64,000 bases of DNA, from contig CM060731.1 in assembly GCA_030704615.1 (NCBI GenBank), positions 19,778,001 to 19,842,000 on the forward strand. Direction: 5' to 3'. Within the stretch, counting starts at the first letter, position 1. Every line of letters starts with the position of its first letter. The translations under genes were made by a program, and so were the position numbers. The notes beneath the pieces are model-generated. The model did no database searches and was not told the origin of the DNA. It was given only the letters and a program-made list of their open reading frames with translations. This document shows, piece after piece, positions 49,625 through 63,650 of this stretch. This DNA comes from Takakia lepidozioides. Lineage: Eukaryota; Plantae; Bryophyta.

Positions 49625-50835
49625 CATGGATTGGGGTGTATGTCACGACAACGGAGGAGTGTAAGCATTTCACATGCCCGTTTGTATTTTGTAAAATGGG
49701 ATGGTGGGTGATGGAGGGAGTGCTTGGATGGAGGGGGTTGGTGGTGGTACTGTCCATGTGGGCAGTGGGTTATGAGGTAGATAACAGGGGGTGGGGGTGT
49801 ATGGGATGTGGGTGTTATAATGATGTGTAGTGGTGTCATAGTGAGTGCGGGTGGAGCTGGTGGTTTGGGCGTGTATGGGGGATTTTATGATGTGGAAATG
49901 TGTGTGTACACAAGCCAGGTGGTCCAAGAAATGGATAGATAAGGAAATATGTTTTAGATAGGGGGAGGGGGGGTAGGTGAGGTGGTCGTGTGGGTGGGTG
50001 GGTTTTGTTACAGGCGTGAGTGGAGTGATATCTAGTCGGGTAGAATGACGACTATGGGTCGCGATGTTGTGATTGGGAGGATTTGGGTTGGAGGAGGACA
50101 TGTGATATTGTCGTTTTTCCACTTGGCAATGTTGTGTTGAATGATTATGTGGGGTAGTAAGTGGGCTAATGAGGGTTGTGTTGCTGTAAACGGAGTACTG
50201 TGGGACGCGAGGATTGAATGGGGGGAGTTTGAGTGTAGGGTGTATTGGCGTAACAATACGTTAGAAGGTAAGTCATACAGGGGCCTTTAGTGTGGGAAAG
50301 GGATATATTTAATAATGGCGATGGGCTGGGGTTGGGGATTAAATGAAGGGGTTGGATGATAAAATGTATGGGTTTGGGGGGTATATATATAAATGAGGCT
50401 ATAAGGTGATCGGACGAGGTACATGACTGGATGGTCTAGACGTGGATGAGGAAACTAATGGATGAATGAAATGGCGGTTAGGCGTTACGAGAGTTCGTGC
50501 GCTGGGGGGTTTGATATTGAGTGGGAGTACGTGGCATGTTTGGGTTACAATGGGGGCAATTGGTGATGTGATGTGGTTGATAGAAGATGGATGATATGCC
50601 TCCGAAGGGAGGTGAGTAACATAGTGACAGCAATAGATTTTGTAAAAATCATTGTATGAAAACATAGAGTAAATCATGGTGTGGAATTGTTTGAAGTGAG
50701 AACAGATCCTGGTGTAAAATCATGGTGTAAAGATCATGGTGTAAAGATCATGGTGTAGAATTGTTGGCAACATAGAGAACCAGTGTATCCGAGTAGCTTG
50801 TGGAAAATAGAGCGGGTAGCAATAAAATGAGGTAT

Positions 50836-51008
50836 CATTTTCCCAAGATATCATTTCTCCAAGGTAACATTTTCCCCAGATATTTTCTCAAGGTAACATT
50901 TTCCCAAGGTAACAATTCCCGATGGTAACATTTTCCCAAGGTAACATTTTCCCAAGGTAACATTTTCCCAAGGTAACATTTTCCCAAGGTAGCATTTTCC
51001 CAAGGTAG
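50836..51008. repeat. 16-bp tandem repeat (GGTAACATTTTCCCAA) x ~10
   Basis: Directly visible; a further ~95-bp duplication follows at ~50990-51170. Confidence 0.9.
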
Positions 51009-52599
51009 CCAGTAGTTCCGAGTATCTTGTAAAGAAGAGTGGGAACATACTGAGTGGCAATCGTTCGAGTTAGAGTGGTACAGTGAGGTAGCATTTTCCC
51101 AAGGGAACCAGTAGCTCCAAAAATCTTGTAAAAGAAAGTGAGAATGTACTGAGTGGCAATCGTTCGAGAAATAGCCTGTAAGAGCACTTTGGGGGTTAGA
51201 GCAAGAATTATGGTACAAAACATATGAAGATATAACAGTACATGGGGAAAATGAGGCAAGAAGATCAGAGTGTAAAACAACATGAATAGCATGAGCATGT
51301 GCATCTGAGTTTGTAAGCTGTAGATAAACAGTAGGAGTGACGACAAGGAACGAGGCTTTGTCATATAGATGGGAAGAGAGGTACATGCTGGTCAGACAGG
51401 TACGACTATGAGAGCACAGAACTATTATGTGGGAGGACCAGGCATAATAATAGGGCAGGGGCAGGCCTGCTTTGATAGAGCCATGAGACCATTTACATTG
51501 GGTCTGATTTAAAGGAGCGGGCTTGGCAAGCAGCAGATGCATGGTGAAGTCAAGAGTCCTCAGCTTTGGAAAGGAATCATGCAGCATACAGTATGGCAGC
51601 ACTAGTAAGGGATAAATAGATAAGTCGAGGTGGTGACCTGTGCTGAGACTAAGCTCAGGCGGATATAAATTGAGAGGTCTTGTACCTGGATAAGTAAATT
51701 GTGTTACCATGGGCGGTGGTTGACATGGGGAAGTCTATTGAGATTGCTGGTCTTGAGCAGCAGAGTGCCTTTGGGGTTTGTGTGGCTGAGCCTGCTGGAC
51801 AGTGGGTTGCCACTTAAAGTTGGGAGGCCATCTGGGACATAACAACTGTACATCAGAGAGTGATGACAATACTTTGTATGCAATGCGAAGTATTTTTATC
51901 AAGGAGGAGGGGAGTAGCCAAGACTGGGGAGAGGGGTGAGTGTGCTCCCTGAGAGTAAAGGGACATTGAGATGATTGGGGACAAAGGTGGAGCCACCACT
52001 GCTACCACTGCCAGGGCTCCAGAGTGTTCTTACTGGCAGCTGCATTCCTGATGCGCTGGTGTGCTGGTGCTGCGGATGCATTGAGGCACGGGCAGGGTTT
52101 TTAATCCAGCGGGAATCCAGCGGGAAGCATGCGAGTGGAGGGAGTGGGCGAGCTGGAAAGGTTGAGAGGCCAGCAGTTAGGGGTGGCGCTGTCCACAGGG
52201 CAATGCTGCTTGGAAAAGAGAGTCGCTCGAGCATGGGAGTAGCTTTTGAAGTCCCAAACGTAAGACAGAGCGTTGTTTGCTGCGACAGCAGGGCTCTTCA
52301 TAGAGCAAAAATACTCGGACTGTTGTCTCGCATGAGCTGTGCTATGACGCCTTTGCAGCAGTAAGTTACTGACGACGGCAATCCTGTCATGTTTCCTGAA
52401 GCACTTGACATGCTTCTCTGATGGGATATGCTGAAGGTTGAGATCAAGGTGGAGAGGGTTGACGTCAAAATGGGAGGAGGCAAAAAGGCTTGCCTTGTGC
52501 TTGGAGTGAATACAGCCACTAACAGCAGCATTGCATCTGAGGGAGCGGGGGTGGAGTCTCATCAGCTGCCCGTGCTGGAGCACCGGGGTGATAAAGTTG

Positions 52600-55359
52600 G
52601 CAGCTGCAGCTTGACATGTATCGTTCATGCTCGCACAGTTGGCATACATATCTGCAGGGGCAGTCTCCAGGACGACATCTGTAGCAATTCTAGCTTTGAC
52701 ATGGCCATCCAACCTGGCCTGCTGCTTCTGCCGTGGAGGCAGGGGTAATTCAACAAGAAGATCTCTACTTAAGAGGCCATAAGCATAATGAGAACCTGGG
52801 GAGGGACATTCATCAAACAGGATGGGAGGCAGTATAACTGAGTTCCTGCCATCTCTCAACAGAACACCATGATCAAGTAGCTGACCCTTCAGCTTCCTGT
52901 GATCGAACTCATAAGTTGTAAGAAATACTATCAAGGTCCTCCAATGACGTGAGTTCATGAAAGCCACTGTACCGCATCCATTCTCAGCATATCCAGCTAT
53001 CATTGTATTCCATGAGATCCCAGCTCGTTTAAGCATTTCATCAAACACATGGCGTGCATCATTCAAGCTCCCGCATTTGGCATACATGGCAGAAAGGGCA
53101 GTCTTCAGATTGACATCTTGCATAATGCTAGCTTTGATGATAACAACATGAAACTCCTTGCCTGATACCTCAGAGAACATGTAAATGCCTGGCAGCCTAT
53201 TTACAAGTTTGAGGCTGGAGATAGGAACATCTGGAACATTGAAACTGTTTATCCAACCACCTGTACTCCGATTCAGCTGGGTATTGTTCAGAACGGCATT
53301 TGGTACATTTCCAGCTCTGATAATGTCGCCATGGATTAGAGCAGCCATATTGCTTGCACACGCACAACAAATGCACACAAATGTGCTGTGGTCTGGTTTC
53401 ACCCCTTCCCCCATCATTTGATCATGGGTCTCCAAAGCCTCCATACCATGTCCCTGCTGCGCATCGCATTCCACGACACCACATCTCGTTCATCCATAGT
53501 GTCATACCCTCCCTTTGCCTCCTCGATGCACCCACCTTTCGCATACAAGATCACCAGGGTATAGTTCAGAATAACAGTTGGTACAATTCTAGCTCTGACT
53601 ATGTCGCCATGGACCTCTTTGCCCTTTTCCAGAGCTGCCCGGGCAGTGTTCAAAATGACATTTGGTACAACTCCAGCCTGGATGATGTCAACATGCACCT
53701 CTTTGCGCTTATCCAGGGCTGCCAGGCTTGCCCAAGCATTGCAAATGCATACAAACGTGATGTGGTTGGGCTTCACCCCTTCTCCCATCATTTGAACATA
53801 GGACTCCACAACATCTGTAACCAGCTTGGACATGGCCAGTCAATCTGGCCTGCTGCTTCTGCTGTGGAGGCAGGGGTACTTCAACAAGAGGATCTTTGCT
53901 TAGAAGACCATAAGCATAATGAAAATCAATGACAAAAAGTTGAGCCCCCAGGTGTAACTGGTGAACCATGGCATACATATCAGCAAGGGCAGTCTTCAGA
54001 ATGATATCAGGTGAGATTCCAGCTTTGATGATGTCAGCATAGACGCCTTTGTCCATTCCCAGGGCTGCAAGAGTGGCACACGGACTGAGAACACAAATGG
54101 GTGTTACATTGTCGGCTGCACCCCTTTCCATTGCATTTGTACATGCATCTCAAAAGCTTCCCTACCACAACATTGCTGGGCATATCCTACAATGACCGAG
54201 CTCCATGAGACCACATCTCGTTGATTCATATTGATGAACAGTAACAGCGCTTCCTTCATGCCCCTGCATTTGGCATACACATCAGCAAGGGTATTTTTCA
54301 GATTCATATATGATGGGATTCCAGCTTTGATGATATCAGCGTGGACCTCTTTGCCTTTTCCAAGGCACCAAGACTGGCACACGCATTGAGAATGTTTGCG
54401 CGGTTTGCAGGTGGCAGGCCATGTTGGAGGTTAGGAGAATCATACCAGCGCCCTTTGGGGGGTCTGTCGAGAAATTTGCCATCGTATGGTACAGCAGCTG
54501 GGTAACGAAATACGCTGGCCCCGATTCTAGGTCGAGCGGGGTGTGCTTCGTACCTTTCCATCACTGCCCCTTCCTTCCTGTTGTTGTCGTATTTGTACTG
54601 AAACTGTTTGTGGGGGTGGAGGCAGATTATGATGTCACTAATACCACTCATATTATTGTTGTTCAAAACACCAGCCTGGCCAGCCACCATGCCTATCTGC
54701 CCAGGCTCGTTTCTCCAAGAGCCTTCCCCTGCGACCTTGTGCTCATTCATGCCAGATCTGCGACGTGCAAGGTTAGGGATCACTCCGCCAGATCTGCCAG
54801 ATACCGCTCCTGAAACAGCACTAAACTGCATGTTGGTTTTAGCATTCAATCCATCAGCCTGGGAATCACAGTTGAGGTACTGAGTAAGGAGGCGACCTTG
54901 GGGGAGAAATGTCCCATGGAATGCCTTGAAGCCAAAAGGGGCCAGTCTGAAATAAAATTGCCCTGATGGGTTGCGTTGCCAGAAAAGCTCAGCACCCCGC
55001 CACTGCCTAGCAATGTGTTGCCCTGCAACGGCGCCAAACTCAGGTCCTCGGTGGTTATCTGTTGTTGAAGAGCTCTGGGGGCAGGCTGCGTGGCAGACAC
55101 CAGTTGTGAGGGCTCTTGCGGTGTACTCATAAGCTGCAGATTTAGCGTTGCACACCTTGGTCCATTTTGTGACCTCTTTCGCTGGGAACACGGTACAGCC
55201 AGGCATGTAAAACAGTCGATTGGAAACACCAGGGGGATGTCGTTTGTACCGCTCCAGATGGAGATCGAACATGGTGTAGTGCAAGGTCTTCAAAACATGT
55301 AGCAAGCATCGTGCGAAGAGATCTTCAAGCAAGTGAAGTGTATAGCCCACCGTAGACAC
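52600..55359 (-). pseudogene. Degenerate PLS-class pentatricopeptide-repeat (PPR) gene
   Basis: GKEVHADIIKAGI...LKNTLADVYAKC..MKEA..LF..MNQRDVVSWSSVIVGYAQ; GVKPNHITFVCICNAWASLAAL; MYAKCGSLNDARHVFDEM..ISWNTMIAGYAENG. Many frameshifts; no E/DYW domain seen. Confidence 0.85.
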
Positions 55360-56657
55360 TAGTTTGCAGACGGGAAAATGGGCACCCTACATAGTTCTAG
55401 GATAATCATAGTGTCCCGCACTTCGTTCCACAAAATCGCAGAAGATACATAGTGAATACGGGGTGGGGAGAACGAAACTTGTAAGGGTGCCCGCAGCACC
55501 ATCGTAGTATAATGGGAGCTCTCGGAACAACTCGGACTGGGGCGTAGTAGCTTCAACCTTCGTAGTAAGCCAATGTAGTTGGTGCGTAGGAGCTCGAGTG
55601 CGCAAAGAAGCGTAGATCCTATCCCGATACAGAGAGGGTGGGTGGAAAAACTTCCATCCGTGCATCGGGTCATCGTCATAGGCAGAGATATCGGGAGTGG
55701 CAGTATTGAGCTTGAGGGTGAAAAGCTTAACAGAATCTAGCAATGCATAGCTTAAAAGAAGCGCAAAGAGTCAGGCAGTATAGAGCATAGTAACAACTAT
55801 CAACGCTGCGTAGCAGCGTGGCGAGCACGAGACTTGGCCATGGCGGCGACCACAGCTAGAAGCAGAGATCGTGGCAGAGTAGCGGAGCGGCTAGAGAAAT
55901 TATGAAATAACACATAGACGCTAAATAATATAGCGGAACCCTAGATATAAGTCATGACTACACATTCTGGCGACGGTAATGGCAAGAGGGCGGAGCTCCG
56001 CCCTCACGATCGTGCCCCTTGAAGTTCCAAGGCTCTGCAATGGCTCCCACCTACATGGATGCAGCTCAACCAAGCCCATCCCTCACACTGGATTCCACAG
56101 TCTCTTCAGCTCACCTCCATTTAGAGAGCCGAGGAAAGCTCAAGTTGGGTTCAACAAACACGGCTCACAGTCAATCTGTGAAAACGTTTAAACCACATCC
56201 CGCCTTGAGAGAAGGCGGGAATGCAGCAGATGGCTACGCTTGTCACTGTAACCGTTCGATCTTCTGCGACCTTCCGCTGAGATAGATGGTTGAAGTCAAA
56301 AGATTCTGGATTCCCGTCTATTGTAGCCTGGAAGAAACGTACTGAAAGTAGTCTTCGTCTTCGCCACCTGTCCAGGATCGATTAATCGAGGCCCTGAGTC
56401 TGAAGGATAGTAATGCTACGTAGAAGTGATTCGTCGTCTTTCTGTCGTGAGCGGTGAGAGTACGAAGAAGGTGCTTCTCGCTCGGGACCGCATGGTAGAG
56501 TGCAGCTACTGTTGTGGCCCTTACTTCCTGTGAACTGAAATGACCTAGATTCGTGTGAATCTGCTCTAGTAGTAATTTGTTAGCTTTCGTAAGTAGTGCG
56601 TTACTGAGTTGGACGAAGGAGCCACGAGCGAATGTGAGCTGTCTGAGCGGAAGAAGT

Positions 56658-58753
56658 ATGGTAAGCCCAGGGCTGGTGGTGGGTTTTGTGGCATTGATAG
56701 TAGCAGTAGTTCTAGCCGGCCTGTCCAGGTTGAATGATCCGAGGGGTGGAGTTTCCATCGAGTTTGAGAGCACTGGCTTTGGTCGAGAAAGCTTAGCATG
56801 GGATGAAGAGCATCAGCGATTCCTTGTCTCCTATTTTGAAGGCGGAATTGGCCAGGTGTGTAATTCACTCTAAATAACAGGGAAGGTTATGTTTTACTGT
56901 AGTCCCAAACACATTGTTTACTTCAGAAATCTCTCTGCCTGGTATTTGTCCCTAAGTGTTAAGGTGAAGTGGATTGACTCGACATGCTGCTGCGGTATTG
57001 TTGAAAGGGAAGTGTCAGCTCAGGAACCTTACTGTGGGGATATTCCTGGCTATGTGCTCTGCCAGTAACGCGAACAGCTAGCAGCGTGGTCCTAATACTC
57101 ACTTGTGCGACACGACAAAATCTATGAAGCATATCAACGGCAACTTCGAAGTTGGTTATAAAATTTTGGTCTGCTAATGCAGAATCATTGTGGTCCCTTG
57201 GCGTGAAAAAGACTGAGTGTTTATACACTTTTTGTCTCTTTCTCGCGTTCAAAAGAGGTGTAGGAAGGTAGTAAAGAAGAAGTTGCACATAGGGTTTCAC
57301 TGATTTGGCCATTGATCTTGAATGTAAGGTGCGAGTTGATGGGAGTAAGGAGGGATACAAAGAGGAGCTGGCTGTTCTTGATAAGGACGTTGCAGGCAAT
57401 GGTACGCTGGGCTTGAGACTTGACTCCCCCCGCCACCGGATACTTGCAGTAATAGGCGACCTGTTTGGCCGCAAATACTCAGCTCTGGCAGCATATGATA
57501 TACACACGTGGGAGCGACTCTACTTGGCACAACTTGCTGGCCCTGGTGCGCTTGCCTTCCCCTCTCTACACTATTTTCTTGCCCTTCAAACTTTCTTGTG
57601 CTTTTGTTGGCATTGTTTTGCAGGTGCACCCGTAGAAGGGGGATGTTGTTGCTGAGGCTGATGATCTCAAGATGTGGAATCGAACGTAGCTGCCTGAATC
57701 CCTTGTTAGTGGTGAGGGTATTTGAATGCGATGTGTACCGAGCAGCAAAGAGCTTTGGTTCTTTCTCTTTGACTAAGGAAAGAAGGAAAACTGTATATGA
57801 AAGCCCCTTGCTGCATCCCTTTTACCAGTTACTACTTATGCGCACTTAATTATCCAAGGTCAGGAGTGTTTTGAGAATGGCTTTGCATTTCAGGCAACAG
57901 GAATTTTAGTAGTGCGACTATATCATGTGGTATTCAATCATATTCCACTCATCATCCTGTGAATGTATTTGTTGGTGCTGTGTTCATTTCTGTCGGTTGT
58001 GCATTCTTCCCATGCAAATCTGGAGCTGTGACACTGCCACCTGGAGCAGCTCATTTCGAGTTCTGCTGCGTTGCCCCTAGCCCCAGGATAAGTGCCTCGT
58101 GTAAGACATTCACATGATATGTCTTCACCCCTTGTTGTCTTTTATCCACAATTAAGAGTGACCTGTCTCAAAGTTTCACCTTTTCTGCTGCAGAAAAACC
58201 GTCACTTGCAGATGATGTTGCCCTGGATGCTGAGGGCAATGCGTATGTGACTGATGCAGTCAACAATTTGATCTGGAAAGTGAGCACTGATGGGAAACAA
58301 GTTTCTGTGTTGACTAGTAGCCCAGTCTTCACTCAGCCACCCAACAAGCTTCCGTTTAATGTGTGTGGTATCAATGGGATCGTGTACCATCCGGATGGCT
58401 ACCTCCTTGTTGTCCACACATGGTCAGGTTCCATTTTCAAAGTGTCACTGGATGGAAGTGAAACAGTGACCATTGTGGATGTGAATGGTGGCCCAATACT
58501 TACGATGGATGGCATTGCCCTCCTCTCACCTGAGAAGCTGATAGCGGCTGGTTTCCCTGGAGCCCGGCTGGTGGAGAGCTCTGATGGATGGCAAACAGCC
58601 AAGGTGACCCATCGTTTTGTGGGTCCTTGCCATCGTGTCGCTACAGGAGTTACGATCAAAGACAACAAGGCATATATGATCCACGTATTTCCATCCTTTG
58701 GGCTTCACAAGAGAACCCACACAATCCGTGAGGCTATCTTCCATCCTTTGTGA
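56658..58753 (+). CDS. SMP-30/gluconolactonase-like (calcium-dependent phosphotriesterase superfamily) beta-propeller protein, 3 exons, ~324 aa, N-terminal signal/anchor
   Basis: Exons 56658-56855, 57329-57545 and 58194-58753 join in frame with GT-AG introns. Motifs RESLAWD, LADDVALDAEGNAYVTD, GINGIVYHPDGYLLV, DGIALLS. Confidence 0.9.
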
Positions 58754-58876
58754 TGGGAGGTTTGGCTGGTTTCAGTATATTGTACAATGACTAATGGATC
58801 TTTGAGATATATATATAACGCAGCCGGAGTTAGCATAAATAAGAGTAATCGGAAGTTAGAGGTTTTCTTTGAGAAT

Positions 58877-60463
58877 TTAAGTGTTGTGGCAATGTGCTCC
58901 CCCACTCACACCAGCGGTAATGATAGTAAAAGGGGCAGTGTTCCATCCATGTTGACGAAGGGCTAAAATGAACGGTTCATATTTTCCACGGTTACACATA
59001 ATTGATTGGTTAGGGTATCTATCATGACAAATTGTAAATTCTATTATATGAATGGTGAGGGAGGGGTTTGGATCTATAGCTATTGTTGACGAAAGAGGTA
59101 GTCCATGGATAAGTAAAATATCATGGCATAACCTTGCTAGACAATGGCATGGGACATAGAGACATGTGCAGGATAGACGCCATGGAGGTATTGTGTGGTA
59201 TGGTGGTTTACCTTGAATGTATCTGCATTGATGAGGTTGAAGCATGCCTGGATTTAGGATGTGACATAAGAAGATTTTGAAGATGCCAAACTCCTTGGTT
59301 ATGTCGGGTTATATGTAGTCCATGGAATATGGGGTGCTTACAATGGAGAAGTAGGTGTGGCCATGTGTCTACTGGGGGGAGCTGTACGTGACAATGTGCA
59401 ATTCTTGTTAAGGCTAAAATAAATTCCGTCTTTGATTACCCATATATTGTCCATATCCGAGTTAACGTTTGTTTAATTTGGGCCTCTATGATTATGCATG
59501 ATGTCCAAAAATGATTGGACAAACAATGCAAGAGATGTACCCATTTGGATATGTATGAGTTTACGTAGGTGCGAGATGCTTGGATTTGATCTTTGATTTT
59601 GTCTGCAATGTTAAGTATGCAAGTTGTGTATGGGAGCTATGTCTCGGAATCTGGCTTTGGTTGATGTGAGCCAAAACGGGTGGTTTTGTGGGGTTGGCAG
59701 TAGGTTGAATAGTTCCAACTTGTGCAAGTTGGTTAGCGATAATTATTTTTTAATGAGATTAAGATCAGGGTGGAGGGTTTGTGAGAAAGGGTTTATGAGA
59801 AGGTAAGGAGAGACCAAGTTGTTCGTAAAAATATAGTAAGTTGAGGTAGGTTGGTATGTAAGAGATTTCAAGGCATGGGGTACGGCCATGAACTATACAT
59901 GTAAAATGTTACGGTGACCTAGGAGTCAATCGTACGTTCTCAAATTAGTGCCAACAGAATAAGTACCATAACCTGTATGTGCATCTTTCAGAAAGCCATC
60001 CATGTATGTACCAGTGTTGGACCGGTATATGTATTTTTAAATACCAGAATGGTCTTGGTATGAAGGATCTGAGACAACCAGCATGTAGCCCAATGGTAAG
60101 GGCACATACCCTCTCACGAGTGGTTGTGGGTTCAATCCACCTGTTGGAAGTCATTACGGTGTCCACCTTCCCACCGGAAGGCAGTAGCCCTATGGGGTCA
60201 AGTGACACCATAAGTTACGCTTGCTTCGGCAATGCGTCCACCTTTTTTGAAGGATCTGATCCCTTATGTATACTAGGATGGTGGCGGGTATAACTTGGTG
60301 GAGTGTTAATGGTATCAATAAGGTAAGAGGACTTGTAAAATGGATGATATATGAATATGGTATTGGTATTGAATTTTTTGATATTCATACTGGAGTCTGG
60401 GGGTATATGAACATTGTTATAGAACTTCTCTGAAACTTTTGAAGCATCAACCGGAGGCTGCAA
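58877..60463 (-). pseudogene. Highly decayed non-LTR retrotransposon 3' end with RNase H-like remnant and restriction-like endonuclease (Dualen/RandI-like)
   Basis: IHIIEFTICHDRYPNQSIMCNRGKYEPFILALRQHGWN...IITAGVSGGAH fits the RLE (PD..E.T...D......K..KY..L...L...GW....G..G) pattern. Upstream remnants resemble a CCHC knuckle and RNase H (YIFTNNLVSL). Confidence 0.55.
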
Positions 60464-60759
60464 AGGTGATCACAATAAAACAACAAAAGTCCTAATGGAC
60501 TGCATTAAAAGTTGAGAGCAATTTGGCTGCCCAAGGAGATTCTCATAATTCGGCGCAGAAGTCAGGAATCATTACATTGAAGAGAATTTGTTGTGCAGCA
60601 TGCATGGCGCTCAACCCTAAATGCCCTCTCCCTACTTGTACTTAGCTCCATCGCCGCTTGCGACCCTCAATAATGGTATCGCATGCAAATATCAACAACA
60701 ACAACCCAGGCTCGTTTGGTATCGACGAGCAAATCCTTAACTCAATATCCACCCTAGTA

Positions 60760-62560
60760 GGTTATGGACCTGGGTATAATGTTCTTTCATACCGGTAACG
60801 TATGTATGGTGCGTGCACATCGGGGAGAGTTACGAAGAATGTGCGCTCTTGCTTTTGGGGATAGGAATAACAGTGTGGTGCAGCCTGCAGCCACCATGTG
60901 GCTTCCACAGACTGGCCAGCCCACCTTGACGTTGGATTTAGCGTGACCCCGGTGGACGTCCTTATGCCAAACTCCACCCCATGAGTAGCTTGGCGGGGCC
61001 GATTGCGGGGACACCATTGGGGATGCTACGAGTAATGGTAGGAAGAACCATACTCCCCAGTGCTCGGGCGTGCACGTGCACATTTGGCGGAGGTTTGGCG
61101 AGGTACGCCAAAGATGTAAAATATGGCGAACCCTTTGCCCTTGGCGTAGGTCCCTCCATGCCAAATATAGTGTTGGCGGGTACAGTGTGCACGATCCGGG
61201 AAACGCCATGCCAAAATGGCGTTGGAAATGGCATGGCGTACTTGCGTTGGGGATGCTCTCATACCTTTACTGAATACTTAGGTTTGACCATATACACCGG
61301 TCCAACACTGGTACGTACATGGATTAGGAGCGGATTTTAGTGAAGAATAGTTTATAAATTTTGAAATTGATATGACAATACGTTGTTGTGGTGTTGTCCA
61401 AAATGGTCTCGGAGCTGTCAAATTCCAAAGCTTGTTTAGGTTGATTCAAGGTTATATGTGGGGCATTTGGATTGGCGTATAAACTGTGGCTGTGGGACCA
61501 AATAAGTGATTTAATAACTGTCTTAATTGTGAGAAGAAAATGTATGGTAGTTGTGGATCGTTGGAATGGTGTATACAAACGAGTTTAGCTAATGACGGTT
61601 CATGATATTCCATATAGGCCGGTAAGGGCAGGAGGGATTTATATATGACTGTGCGAGGGTCAAATATAGCAAATATGAGCACACGGGGGGGGGGTGGTCT
61701 GCCAATAGAGGGTGATCACTGTTGACATGGTTGTTGTGTGGAATAAATAAGATGGTAAAAGCTTCATTGGATGCATGCAGGGTAGCTATGCGTGCTCAAT
61801 GTATCGTTTCAGTAGCTAGGCTAGGATTTTGTGGGGTGTACTTGCAGGGATTGGATTTGGAAGAGGACGCAGCAATGCCAAATGTCAACATGTTTGAGTC
61901 CGTGCATGCGAGCTGGCAAGGCCAGGAGTGGTGTCTTAAAAGTGGACTTGTACACAGCCAACAAAGACGACATGACAAGGGCTATTTTGCAATCATCGGC
62001 CTTCCATATTTATCTAAAGGGTGGTGCAAAGGGTTCTGGTCCCAACCGCCAACAATTATTACATCGGGCGGCAGCGCGGTCTTCTGATCCTCTGAAGATG
62101 GCAGAGGCGGTAAGAAGTTTTGTGGAGGGAACTCCTCTCCATGGTGGAAATCCTGGGCTTGAAGGTGACCTTCTTACTCGGACAACGAGGCGGAAGATTG
62201 TTTTGGGCAACTTTGAAGACGAGGAACACCTTCATTCATGGAGGCCTAACATGAACCTCCGCACCACACCCAGGCGCCGTGAAGGTGCCGGAGGACTAAG
62301 AGTGCCCACAACTACTATTCAGTTGTCTCTAGAGACGTTGGAGGATGACCTTCCACTACAGAATAGAAAGCCGGTTTTAGAGACCGCCGTGTCCACAACA
62401 TGTTGGCACATCGCCCGGACGTTCGACACTTCAAGAGTAAAGTGTTGGGCAGTACGGTCTGACAGTGCAGATGCATGCAAAGAAGAAATCCGACCACTCC
62501 ACAGTTTGGGTGTTCCTGCTCCAAGATATGTGGGTCGCCACCATCCTCCGGCTTTAGGCA
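60760..62560 (+). pseudogene. Second, older MULE transposase relic related to 9422-12780
   Basis: NVNMFESVHASW..DLYTANKDDMTRAILQ...YLKGGAKGSGPNRQQLLHRAAARSSDPLKMAEAV..GTPL..LEG aligns with SCNLAETIYSMW..NLYVATVDDLIRALSQ...FLRGRGPGKGPDRAELLLKAANRCKHPAKMAQAV..GTPL..LEG. Confidence 0.8.
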
Positions 62561-63445
62561 CACTTGCCATTGATAGGATCTTGCTAAACCTAGGGAACCA
62601 AAACATCGATCAGTTTTGTATAAATTGGAATAGCTTGTCATTTCCAGTAGAAATGTGAGAAGACTGGAGTAATATGAATGAGTGAAATGAAGTTTTGTGG
62701 TAAGGGAATCCACGAGGGGTGTGGAAAGTATTGAGTGGGAGTGCGTAAGAGAAACTTTGTGTATTGTGCTTGGGTACATGGGAGGAAGGTCTTGTGTGGA
62801 TATCATTGAAGAAGTCTAGAGACTTCCAATGCAAATGTTGATGATGTGCGAGGGTCTAAGCTATGGAGGGGGTTGGAATGGATATTCTCCAACAACTAGA
62901 TTAATCTTCTGTGTGTTATATTCTCAATGTGATAACCTAATGGTCGAGAAAGAGATAAGACTTTGGCCAAAGCCGGCATAACTAAAAGCCACTTTGCCTT
63001 GCAACTCTAATGGTGCATATATATAGGCCATGTTGGAGTGGTTTGGATGTGAGATTGAGTTCGTAATATATCTCGATTTGGATTACATGTAGCTAATAAA
63101 ATATCCAAATTTGACAATTTTCTTGGTGAGCTGATGAGTTTGTCAAATGTTTGTGGCTATGTAACGTGTGTTGCTTATGGATGTGTAAGATAGTTAGTGT
63201 TGGTTTAGCGATGATATTTCAATATTATGTTGTAGATTATGGGCTACATGACAATCAAAGAGGTTGTCATTATATTCTCAGGTATTGTATTTATGAGGAA
63301 TTCCTTTCCATTGTAGGAGTACATAGTAGTGGTACACGATGCTTCATATTGGTCCATATGCATTTTTCGGATTATGTCTTGTATTTCTTCAAGCACATAT
63401 GCAGATATTGTGCTATTATGTGTTGGGCGCTAATTGGGTGTGGAT

Positions 63446-63650
63446 CAGTGTTGGGCAGTTCTTGCATTTGTGAAGGAACCTTCGGTTCCGGTTCCACAAT
63501 TTTTCAAGAGACGGTTCCGGATCCGGTTCCGGTTTTTTTTTATTGAGCCGGTTCTGGTCCGGTTCCGGATCCAACTTTTAAACATGGGGGCGGTTCCGGT
63601 TACCGGTTAGTTGCTGATAAAAACCATCGGTTCTGGTTAGGTTCCGATTC
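63446..63650 (+). mobile_element. Possible left end of a hAT-derived non-autonomous element
   Basis: Starts CAGTGTTG, followed by dense CCGGTT/CGGTTC subterminal-type repeats. The other end is not in the window. Confidence 0.4.

Noticed and set aside
50835-51710. 291-aa and overlapping ORFs with LGKCY/LPWENVT repeats
   Set aside because: Products of a stop-poor 16-bp tandem repeat; no domain signal.
51899-52600. E/DYW deaminase domain after the PPR repeats
   Set aside because: No PG-box, HSE or CxxC/DYW motifs found in the frames provided.
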